DNA of 64,000 nt from Adineta vaga (taxonomy: Eukaryota; Animalia; Rotifera): the NCBI GenBank assembly GCA_021613535.1, contig CP075493.1, positions 12,834,001-12,898,000 of the forward strand. The letters run 5' to 3'. The position numbers and the translations under genes were made by a program. Of this stretch, positions 38,101-50,067 are shown piece after piece. The stretch's first letter is position 1. Each line of letters starts with the position of its first letter. The notes below the pieces were generated by a model. It saw nothing but the letters and a program-made list of their open reading frames with translations. It searched no databases and was not told the DNA's origin.

Positions 38101-39264
38101 ATATTGTAAAGATAGAACAGAACCAGATCCAATTGCAATTGTATGCAATCCAAGAGTGCAACTATTTCGATTGATATTCTTCCAACAAGAACAATGATCC
38201 GCTTGCATATGATCGGGTGGTTGACCATTAGCTACATCGTTCACACAATCAACATGCTGAAAATCATCTCCCGTAATGATAATATTACGAGCAAGATTGA
38301 TCACTTCAGCTTGTACGAGAGCAGACATATTCTTGCCTGTAAATATAGTTTTTGATTGAAAATAGGATGATATAATTCCCACAGATGTTCCATCCTTATT
38401 TAATAATTTGATAGTATTATTAGCTTCGAATCCTCCAATCGTGTATTCTTCTGCTTCTCCTTGTGATGCTACCATTGTTGGAGCTATAACAATTCGATCG
38501 CCGACTCTCCAACCCTAAAATATACAATGGATCTGTTGCTTTTGAAATGAAAACGTCGCTACTAACCATATCTTCCGGTTTATGTAAGAGTTGAATTGTT
38601 TTCATACCATATGTCGCTCTATCGGCTAATAAAGACCAAGTTCGAGCAAGACTTCGACCACTGATATGTATTTTACCACTATTATAGGCGCCCAAAGCAC
38701 GAGTTTGAATTGTTGAATGTTTCATACCATTATTTTTTATATAGATATAGCCTTGTTTGCTTGTTAAATTCATATTGAATTGACCTCCATTTACCTACGA
38801 AAATACTCTATTTTCTTTAATGTCTGATTATAGTATATAAAAATTATTCTTACAGCAATATAACCAGCACATAACCATTGATTACTTGACGATTGACTCA
38901 AATCATTCCAAACTAACGAACCACTGACAACTAAAGCGGCGACATTCAAATTACTATTCATGGTCACTGTAAAACCAGTCGGTATGGTACATATAGTTTC
39001 TGTACCACAAAAAAGTTGTAAATCAGAAGATAACATTGAAGTTGTGATTGATTGAACTGTAGATACGGTTGCTTGATTTTGATTCTTACATGTAGCGACT
39101 AAATCTGGAGGAAGTGCTGCTGAATAGGAATCCTTTATTAAAGTATCAAAACTATTCATATATGCAGCTTCATCTTCTTGTGCAAAACCTTCAACAACAC
39201 GATTTGTTTGAATGAAACATTGTAAAATAAGATAAAGTTTAAAAATGATGGATATGAACATCAT
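35197..39264 (-). CDS. Secreted G8 + parallel beta-helix protein with EGF, PAN/apple and two C-terminal 8-Cys repeats
   Basis: Signal peptide, G8-like segment, RTWSLLA, AEVINLARNIIITG, GQRGILGKYCVHLH, IHGTH (fibrocystin-L/TMEM2-like), CLCNPGFSGATC, CCAACNANPSCTSW..CFLK and twin ...WCCFKGC modules. Several short introns. Confidence 0.85.
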
Positions 39265-39789
39265 AAATAAACTTGACGAAATCAATGATCTTTACCTTGA
39301 TTGAATATATAATAATATGTCACTGGTTCTTTTTTTCTCTTTTTTTTAAGTACTCGATATTAACGGATGAATCGATCACTACATTCTGTTTTGCATGCTA
39401 AAGAAAAGATTAGGCCTCATCATTATGAGAATATCCACAATATGACAATCTTTTTATTTTCAGCATAATTCTTATCTAGCTGTAGTTTATATATGTGAAA
39501 AAAAACAATGAATGCTTTATGTAATCGTTTGCCAGTTGTGATCATTTGATTTTCTTATCGATTTTAATAGTTCTCCAGTATATTGAAATTGAAATAAATA
39601 TACAGAGTGTGATTACTGATGTTTTTATTGATTTCACATTCATTTATACACTTGCAGATTGAGTTATTTATTCTCATAGAAAATAGAAATACATATTTCA
39701 GTTTTGGTTATATAAAATTTTATATAAACTTTATCGCATAATTGGATTGAAGTGTCAAGTTACAGGGCAGAAGAAAATAAAGCACAACA

Positions 39790-41754
39790 TCAGATATGAT
39801 ACATTTCAAGTTTTGTACCACGAACAGCGACGATACATGACGATCCAAACACTAGTGCAGCGTTTACTTCATCATAGCATCCTTTTCTTTTTGCATCATA
39901 TTCTGTTGTGAATTCACAATCAAGAGAAACTTGCATAATCTTCTTTTCATAATCATCACACGCAAGAAGCCATTCACCAGTCAAAGCAATTCTATTTAGT
40001 TTGCATTTAGTTGATGGCAGGATCGTATAGGCAGATTCGAATGGAGTCTTCGTCATATTGATTACGTATAAGTAATTTTTGGATTCGATTTTCATAATTA
40101 AAGCAAGTCTTCCTCTGTTACTTCGTACGATGGATATTTCTCGACTGTCTCTATTACATTTAGATACTTTTTTATCAGGAACTTGTGACCGTTTCGGAGA
40201 TATTTTCGCTTCTATTAGGTCAGTGACGGTATACTGACAAGTAAACACAAAGTTCGGAAGTGTGTAATGATTAATGTAAAACGGATAATAAGATTCCGCT
40301 GTAACAATGAAAAGACTTCTGTTTGTACATGTGCAAGAGATAAATCTTTCTTCATTTTCTCGCAATTGAACATTTACAACTGATGATAGCTTATTAGTAA
40401 TTGGATCAAATACATAAAGATTGGTCTTTGTAATTGCAATAAATCTGGTAAGCAATGATGACCAAGTTATATCTAAGATTTTAAGTGAGGACACAGTACT
40501 ATTTTCTGTTTTGCTAATGGTTTCAAACTTTTCGTTGAGTAAAAAAAAATGCTTGTCACCATAAAGAAGTAAAACTTCATCGTTGCTACTTATGATTTCT
40601 AGATCGGAATAACCAATTATATAACGCAGTGATTGAGATTGCAATGGCTTTCTCTCAATGGATGACAGGTCAAGTGAACGATGCAATGGAGAAACAGGTT
40701 CTAGAAAAATCTCTCGAAATATTAACGTTCTATATATATTAGAATATGCAAACTTACCTTTATAATTCGCTGCTGTCGATCCAGACGATTCTTTTGAATT
40801 ATCAACTCGATTTTGATTGCTAGCAGAAGCACTGAAACAAGAACATATTTGGTAAGTTACAAATCATGTGGTTCGGATATTGATTTATATCGAAAAGTGC
40901 CTCTTTCTGACTAAATGAAAAGTATTCGCTATTGTATGCGAACTTGAAATACGATGAATATAGTCAAAGATTCTACACAAATTCATTCAACGGATAATTA
41001 ATTCGTTGTAAATCTTATAGGCTGTATATATGTAAACTCACTTATTCGATGCTCGTCCAGATTTGGCTGATTGTTCCTCCAGATGAATAATAAAGAGACG
41101 TCCTTCATAACTGAGTGGTTTACTTTTGATATATAAGGAAGCTCCAGGCAACAGAATGATTTCATGTTCGTCTTTAAAAACTGAATAGTCCGAAATGTCT
41201 TTGCCATGCATGACATCGATAGCAAATACTGTGCCAGTTTTGCCTAAATATAATTGTACAACACTAAGATCGGTCGAACATGAATTGACACTCCACCATG
41301 TTTCTGTCGAACCATCAACAAAATCAGAACCGACATCACTTGATACACCACGCCAAACAACAGTATTCACTGATGGTAATTTTTCTACGGCATTGAGAAA
41401 CAATCTCAGAAATCCAAACCATGGTTTTACGGCATCTCGATTCTTTTCTCGAAGTGTAGCATTTAGCTTTGAAAAAAAGGGTATCGGCATGGAATAAAGA
41501 TAAATTGCTGCTGATTCGTCATGTGTTAGTCGTGATGAATTTCGGTTGCAGTCTTCTTTCGCTTTAACAACATAAGTCATCAAACCAGGAACGATATCAA
41601 TTAATCTCTGTACAGCTTTTTCTAGTTTGAAAACTGGCAAATGTTGATAACCATAGATTGGATTGTGATTCGCTTCTTTGAAATCTGAGGACTTTGTACT
41701 TACGAACCGTTCACTTCTGAGTCGCGCCTCCTCTTTAGTAAGTTTATTTCCCAT
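39790..41754 (-). CDS. R-S-E (ARTC-type) ADP-ribosyltransferase fused to a C-terminal beta-rich domain; predicted N-myristoylation
   Basis: Starts MGNKLT; ART motifs VWRGV, SCST and EHE. Introns 40832-41041 (phase 2) and 40701-40757 (phase 1) join the ART exon in frame to ORF 39790-40686. Confidence 0.8.
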
Positions 41755-42866
41755 TTTTTTTCTAGAAGTTAAAAGGATCGTAATAGAACATTGATTATAG
41801 TGTGTAGGTGAAGATCAGACAACTGTACTCTTAAAAGTTTTAATTTTCAAGATACAATAGTAGCTTAGTACGCATCCCTGTTCTCTAAGAGCGTTATGAG
41901 GAGGTTCAATAAAATTCAACTTACGATTAGTTGGATTTGCCAAAATATCTAGAAGTGATTAAAACATTGAAAAGACGAACTCGATCTATCATTCATGATT
42001 AAGCATACTTTTTGGTACGATTCTGTGAGATTTTCATGCCTATCAAGCAGTCAACTCAACAATGAAATAGTTGAGCTAAATGATAATAACTAGAAGTGCA
42101 ATAGTTTTCGTTCTGGCTGAATGAATAGGTGCCAGTACAACTGTACTGTGATGCGATTAATTACTTGATTATTCGCGTATAAGCAGCCAAAAAATCAAAA
42201 GATTATACGAGTTTAATTGGAAATGGGTGAAAATGTGTTCGATAATTATACATTTGTCTATGGCAGTTTGCTATTGGCTGATTTAATTTTTTTTCCAACA
42301 TAAAATGCAAGGAAGTGAAGGAAAAAAACAACCCTATTGCTATAGAGATTGATTTTTCTCCTTTTCTATGAAAAAAAAACGCCGACCTCATTCAGTAGCT
42401 TCAGTGACATCTTCGGATGAATTAATATGATACTTTTATAATAATAGTAATAATAATTTCTACGCAAAAATTCATTTCATGTTTATTATTCGATTATTTA
42501 TTTCTCTTCGTTGTCTGATTACTAGGAGATTGTATTGCATAACTTATATGAGCATTCATTCGTCTGTGTATTGGTAGCCATGTGTAGTTTTTGTTCTGTA
42601 AAAAAATACTGAAGTACATAGTGATGTGTAAACAAGCTCTGAATGGCTAAACATATTTCTTTTGCAACAAATTTTTGCCACATCATACTTTTTACTTAAG
42701 TTTACGAAGTATTGATGTAATTACAATTTTAAACAATAACTTCTTCAAAACATGGGTTTTATCTCAAACCTTTCAAATCTAAGAAATTCCGAAAGATATA
42801 CTACAAAATATGAATGCAGGATTACTATTAAACTTATATCGAAGGTTACTACTGTAATCTTAAATC

Positions 42867-45606
42867 TCACATAAAATTTATTTTATTTATTTTGATCGAT
42901 TTTATCGGTGACGTGATGCAACCGTTTTTCATATTTTGCAATAATACAATGGTCAGGTGCGTCTTGTTTGACTGTGTCAATTGCACGTTGATAGTACTCA
43001 CGTGCCATTTGCTAATCATCACACTGTTCATATGAATTCGTGCCTCATCTGATTCGTTCAGATTGTTATGTATAAGAGCAATATTATAATGAATAATTGT
43101 TATATGCATTGGCTTTTGCTTGTTATCAGAAGAGAGAATGTCTAATGATAGACGATAATGGTACAAAGCCTTTTGATCATCATCAAGATCCTGATAACAT
43201 GCAGCTAAATTATTGTGTAGTCGAGATTTATGTGATATGGTAAACTGATGATCGTATGTTTTAGGGAATTTTTCAAGTAGCCACATGTAGTAACAAATCG
43301 CTTGTTTAATATATCCCATAGCTCGCCATTGATCAGCGATGTCACATCGCATAATCGTCTCAGATTGAGATAAATTAGGCGCCAACAACGATTTATCATT
43401 AATAACTATCATATATGTTTGATTTTGACCTTGTTTTTTATATGGAAATTCTGGCAGATTCAGTTTTTCCATCAGAGCAGAGAAATCCACGGTTTCAGCA
43501 TCTGCAATTCATTGACATTTACTTGCGTTAATGAATTCTTCCCACATTTCCATAGCATTACGTCCTAAACCAATATGTGTATACGTATATACAAGCAAGT
43601 GTTTTATAGACTTCGATACGATTACGACTGATTAATGGGAATACTGATTGTTTTATGAATTTCTCAGCATAAGCACAATGACTTAATGTTTTCGATAGAT
43701 TTCTTTCATAGCAATAAGCAATCAATGCGATATTTATATGAAGAGTTAGGAAACGCCAGTCTTTAACAAGTAAATCCAGTTGTGCAATTCTAAGTGATTC
43801 TTCGAAATTCTTCAGTGCTTTTGTCCATGCAGACAATCCCACTTTGACTTTACCAAGGTTATAATAAGAACCAATCAATGTTGGATGATCACATGGCAAA
43901 ATATACAATTCAATCTGAAGAGCTTTATGATATAACTCAGATGCATTTTGATATTTATTTAGAAGAACATGTGCTGAACCCATCCCATGATAGATCGTAG
44001 CTAATATTTCTTGATGATGTACAGTTTCCCAATCATCTCTGTATTCCCATCGAAAAATTATAAATAGTGCACAACGATAAGATTTCAAAGCTTGCTTTGG
44101 ACGATTGATACTCAGTTCGAGAAGAGCAATATTACTATGTACGGTAACCCAAAATGGATGATAAAACGAATATACGTCAACACCATATTCAAATGCTAAC
44201 TCGAAATTATATCGCGCGCGATTATAATAACTGAGCTTACGAAGAACTTCACCTATATTGTTATGCCAAACTGCTCGATCGGGATGATCAGAAAAAAGTA
44301 TTTTGCGAAGAAACATATAGAAACTCAACGCTTGATGCAAAAGACCCATTTTCGAAAGAAACAAACCGAATGCAAGTATCGAGGGGTGATCACCAATATT
44401 TTGTCCATTATAGAAATTAAGTAAGCTGATCAATTGTTTCATTCCTTTAAATTTTTCATTGCAATCCTTTGTCCAAACGAGTTTCATAAACCATATGGTG
44501 TCAAATGTGAGTTCAACATTACGGATACGAAATACCGTACCGATAGAGAAAAGAGTCTCACGCTCGTCTCTCATAGTACTGATTTCACTGATATCTGCAA
44601 ACGGTGCACAAGGAACTTCCAAATCAACTGTAATTTCAAAAATTACCGACACGATTCCGATAGATTCCTGTTCACCATTACCGGAAAAATCTGTTGCCAC
44701 GTTACAAGATTCAGATGTTGAGAAAAATGTATTCACGGAAATAAGGTTATCTATATTTTGTTTCAATTTCATTAATTCATCTCTGTACATCAATTGGCCA
44801 CGATAACGAGTTAAACATCTTTTCTGATTTTTGTACTGTTGCTTGTACAATGAATTTAATTGATTGTGAACATCAACAAGAAAATAACGATATTTAAAAA
44901 TAACATTGAAATCTTGTTTACGAAATGCTTTGTTGAATAATTGAAAGACAAATGCGTTGTCTGTATACCATTTGATAGCATTATCTGCTTCATATGTTTC
45001 TTCAAATAAAGTTATTTTTTCTAATTGCACTTCATTTTCTTCGTAATTGGTACGACATTCTGTAATCATTTCAGCTTTGGCTTCTGAAGTTTGTGGTAAT
45101 CGAAGAAGAATTTCAGTTAACGAATGATAGCACATAAATGAACCTTGATCCTTAGTTAAATCTTGCAATGTTCGTTGATCTGGATCAAATAATCCGAATG
45201 GAAAACTAGCATTTGACAAAGAATACACATCTTGCTTTATTTTAATTGATAGTAAATCATCGTCATTGCATACATCGCGTATTTTATTAAACTTTTCGGT
45301 CCAAACTTTATGTTTACTTGTATCGGCACAGAAAATATAAATAAAAGTTATTTGCGATAAATCATGAATCAGTGGAACTATTTTTTCATCGAGTGAACCA
45401 GAAGCCATGAATAATATTCGAGCTTTTACATTCTTTTCAATGTACTCACGACATTTCGATTCAACAGTAAATTTCTGAATCGATTTTATATAATGAACTA
45501 GTAAGTTTCTACATTTTATTTGTAATATTTTTTCAGGATTTGTTATTATTTCATCCAATCATATTATAATCATATCTTCCGAACGATTGATTTCGGGCGA
45601 AGACAT
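42867..45606 (-). pseudogene. Receiver-like N-terminus + ADP-ribosyltransferase + TPR protein, disrupted
   Basis: ATG at 45606; EDMIII*LDE with TGA at 45559-45561 in place of Trp; AIKWYT, YRGQ, FFSTS, ERETLF; TPR motifs (NNIGEV, HPTLIGSYYNLG). Frameshift near 43580 and a further stop near 43510. Confidence 0.8.
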
Positions 45607-47298
45607 TGTTTTAATGAAATCTGCTTCTAATTATTAAAATGGAAGATATCTCTATAGTAGTAGAAATAAGTGAATAAATGGAAACTATAGCATTATGATC
45701 TGAAAATATAAAGTAACTCGCAAAAAAATGACTTATATACGTTCGATTGCCATAAATTGATTGTAGATGTTTTATAAAAAAATCATAGAAGAAAAAAGAC
45801 GATATAGACATAAGTATACTTAAAAAAAGGAATGAGTGGTATATACTGAATCAATATTACGTTCGTGTTTTTTCTGAATCAATTGAATTTATCAAGAAGA
45901 AAATATCAACGATGCCTCAAAAACTAATAAAAAACATTATAATGGTTTGCAAATATCAGATGAGAATACGAATTTTTCTATTAAAAAAAACGGAAGGAAG
46001 CCAAACTGAATTTCTCTCAATACTTTAGATTATGTCGAAGACAAAAATACATCTACTACAAGCAAGTCAATTGATAGTTTACTACATACACGCATTGTCT
46101 TTTAATGTTTAAGTATGTTTAATATTTTCCTTTACGTTATTTTTATATAAATAATAGAATAGCCAGATCCTCATTAATAACGAAATTCCACTATTTCGAC
46201 GAGTTGTGCATCACTCGTACGTTTAAGAATGATTCTTCCTACTGTTTCTATCATTTTTTATATTTGTTTCTCCTTATGTTGCTATTCGTATATGCAGATT
46301 AGGTGTTCGAAATCTACCTGAAACTGGCGACATTTGAGATTTTTTTACAGACATAACGCCTTGTCGAACAATAGATCATAACTGAAAAATAGATTTTTCG
46401 GTTGAAAAAACATGTAACGATCTATGCATGTGGGAATAGAATTGTTATGTATTACTTAAAGGATGTCATAAAGCCGAGTTTGTCTTTGCTTGATTTTATC
46501 GTATTGTTCGAAGTCATGAAAATATGGTTGCAAGTTACGACAGAATGAAGAACGATTAAAAACCTACATTATTTTACTGGAGAAACTTATTCAACATGTA
46601 CGTATAGAGGAAAAGTTAATCAATTGATTTCATCTATTTTAAAAAAATGTTTTAATCATATAGTATGTGTATTTGTAAATAAAATTAGTGAGGACGATAA
46701 TCATAACAGTGTTATTCTTCGTATTAAATAAATTTTGAAGACTTAGTACTACCGACCTCTGTACTAGCAATGTGTTTTTCTTGTTAAATAACTATATATA
46801 GTATTGTTTTCGATCTCATTTAGACTTGAATCAATATGTTAGACTTTTATACCTATTTTATCGGTTGTATTTTTGTAATATAAATTTTGTTGTATTCTCC
46901 TCTTATGCAAACAGATATTCATCCAAAGGTTCTTTTTCTTTTCAGTATCCACAAAGAATCAGTTGTAGTATACCTTTTGTACTTGGAATTAATTTCTGTA
47001 CTATTTCATTAAAAGATTTAAACTGCAAAAATATGAAAACTTACTATTACTTTATAGATCCATTCCATGCTATTTGTGTAACACCTAAAAAACAACTTGA
47101 AATGCCCTCGTGTGCAACTGTCAACTCTTTAAATGTGAAAAGACAAGAGTTTTTTCTGAGACTTATTGAAGTGAGGATTCCTGTTCGCTAAGATTCTTGT
47201 GCAAATTAGATCAGCGATAAAAATTCAAAATCTTATAATTATTATGTTATACTAACATTTATAGCGATAAATTTATTCAGAGCAACGATGTGTTCATA

Positions 47299-49115
47299 TC
47301 AGTTTTGTTGTGCATTTTTTTTCAACGCATTATTGATTGCGTCGTTTCCTGAATTCGATATTTGACAATCAGGAATAAGATGAAAATATTGAAGCCTTTT
47401 CCTATGTGCTGCGATTCCTTCTGCCAATACGAATGCCCCTTTATTTGTTATATGTCGGCTAGGCATGTGCAATTTCGTGAGAGACGTGTTAATTTTTAAT
47501 GCATCGGCAATTATAGTAGCGCCATCATCTGTAATATTATTGTGTCCAATATTTAAATCTTCCAATACAAGATTATTTTCGCGCAGCATTTCTGCGATTA
47601 ATTTAATACCTATATATGATATTTTAGTTTCGTCTATCCACAACTCCTTTAATGTCTTGTTTTTCTTCAGTGCTTCACAAATTGACTGAATACCATCGTC
47701 GAACAACGGATTTGTATCAAGGTGAAGTCTAACTACTGTTTGATTGATTCTCAAAACTTGAGCTAGTGCCATCGCGCCCTCTGACGATATATTGTTCTGA
47801 CTAAGGAGAACATCGGTTATCGTATGATTAACTTCGAGCATTTTAGCAATAGCTTTAGCGCCTTCATTTGATAAGTTGTTGATATCGAAGTCCAAACAAA
47901 GAATACTTGAATTATTCTTTAACTCTTCAGCTATTATCTTCATGTCTGCATCACATAACCCACTTTTAGACAGATTAATCTTTGTCCGATTCGCTTTGAT
48001 AGCATCCAAGGCGTGCATTACGTTTGATGATAAGACCTGAGTGGTAGTTTTGCTCGAAAATTCTATAAGCTGGCGGTTTAGTGTAGCAAAAGTTGGTCGG
48101 TCGATAGTTTTTGCGCCATAGTAGTCTGAATAAATGTCCACATTTCTTTGCTGCATGTCGACGGTTGTTGAAGTCTCTCTCCTTGAATAACTCTTCGCTT
48201 CACATCCATTTCATCTACAATATTCGACCATGGTTGCTTTCCTCGAGGAGAATAGGCTTCCCACATCAGTATCCCCATAGAGAACATATCCGACTTTTCT
48301 GTGTATGATTCCTTTGAATTAGGATTTTGCAAAACTTCAGGTGCTGTATATCGATAAGGGATAACATTTAGAGTACTTGATGCCGATGTTGATGTACTTT
48401 TATAGATAGAACTTCCTTGACTCAGTCCAAAATCGGTCACCTTAACAAAAACGCGTTTGGGATCCGTCTCATTGAATTCAAAAACAAGAATATTTCGACA
48501 CGCTAAATCGCCATGAACGACGTTGTTGTGAGCCAGAAAAGACATTGCGTCTGCTATTTGAATAAATATTTCGTTCAAAATAGATTCCGTAGGTGGTTCA
48601 CTCCGTCTTTTCAGAAGTTGCAAAAGGTCTCCATGCTTCGCACGTTCTTGTACAAGCATGACATCATCTTGCGGATTATTAACTAATCCATATGTTCGTA
48701 ATATATGTGCATGTTTACTCATATCAACGAAAAATGCTGCCTCCTTCTGTGCTTGAGCTCCCTGAATTGTCATTAAAACTATCGGTAGTTCATTTGGTTT
48801 GTTGATCCATTCAGCTAGATCTACTGATTTACCATATTTGACAAATAGGTGATCTAGTTGTCTTACATCAACGTCAAGCGTAAACTGGAATTCACCACCG
48901 ATAAGTTGCTTCACAAGTCGATTTGGAATGAGTCGATCAACATTCAACAGTTGGCGAGTATTCGGACTTCTCCCATCCCCATATGTTAACCATTTGATAA
49001 TTGCTTCTCGTTCATATGTATATCCGTCTTCAGCTACGACTGGATCACGGAGCTTTTGCTTCGTAATAGGACATAGCAGAAGATTTGTTTGCTTGGCAGT
49101 ATTTGATTCATCCAT
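47299..49115 (-). CDS. U-box + tyrosine-kinase-like + RI-type LRR protein, split by one frameshift
   Basis: CPIT..LRDPV..DGYTYEREAI..W..SP (U-box); HGDLACRN, DFG, PYRYTAPE, SDMFSMG. A 1-nt deletion at 48108-48112 precedes DRPTF; 28-aa LRRs follow. Confidence 0.85.
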
Positions 49116-50067
49116 CAGTACGAAAATCTAGAAATCAACAACATTTTAATTGATATGATCATGTAAGATATTTTTATTTCTATTTTACAGTGTATGAGCG
49201 AAGAAGTAACAAAAAGGTAACTAAATAAAAATATATTTGCAACGTTTTTATCCTTCAACCACAAGTTTTTAACTGGACAATTTTGTCCCACAAAATACGA
49301 GAAGATCGAAAAAAGAAAAGAATCATGTTACTATGGAATTTCTTTCTTTCTTTTCTATAGCATCAAGACATTGTCGGCATCCGGACGACGAATCGATGGA
49401 AAAAAAAATACTACTTCTCTTTCAACTTTTTACAGAGAAACTTTTCGGTGAAAGGAATTTACTTTTAGCTATTCTATCGTTTTTTGTATTATTGTGTTGA
49501 CATAACTTGAATCTCAAAGGAATGAAGCTTTTTTTTGTTTTGGTAATGAATCGTGATGATATTAATTATTCATAGATACTTTTAGCACACGCTAACATGA
49601 CAATAAATTTTGATTATCAAAATATTTTTGTCTTGCGATTAATCGCTCCCGAATAATGCTTTAATTTTAAAACTTTATAGCTAGATGAAGGAAAATATGA
49701 ATGTATGTCTTCTTGGTTCTCACTCATCATCAATAATTTCAATAAAAATCGTAGTATAGAACATTTTCATCAGAAGGTATTATAACCTTCCATTATTACA
49801 TCGATAGAAATAACCATTTGAATCTCTCTCACAGAACCATAAACAACAATGCATATGTCATTAAAAACTCAGAAAGCGATAAAAATAGTAACTACTAGTC
49901 TAGTCATCGAACAACTTGAATAGAATGTGAGTATGGGTGAGTGTCTAATTCTAAGTATAAGCAAAGAGATCGACATATCACATTCTCAGCCATATCCTTA
50001 ACTTCAATCAATAGAATTCCATTTATGTCTAAAACCTCTTATTGAATTTTGATGACAGAAAAAGAAA

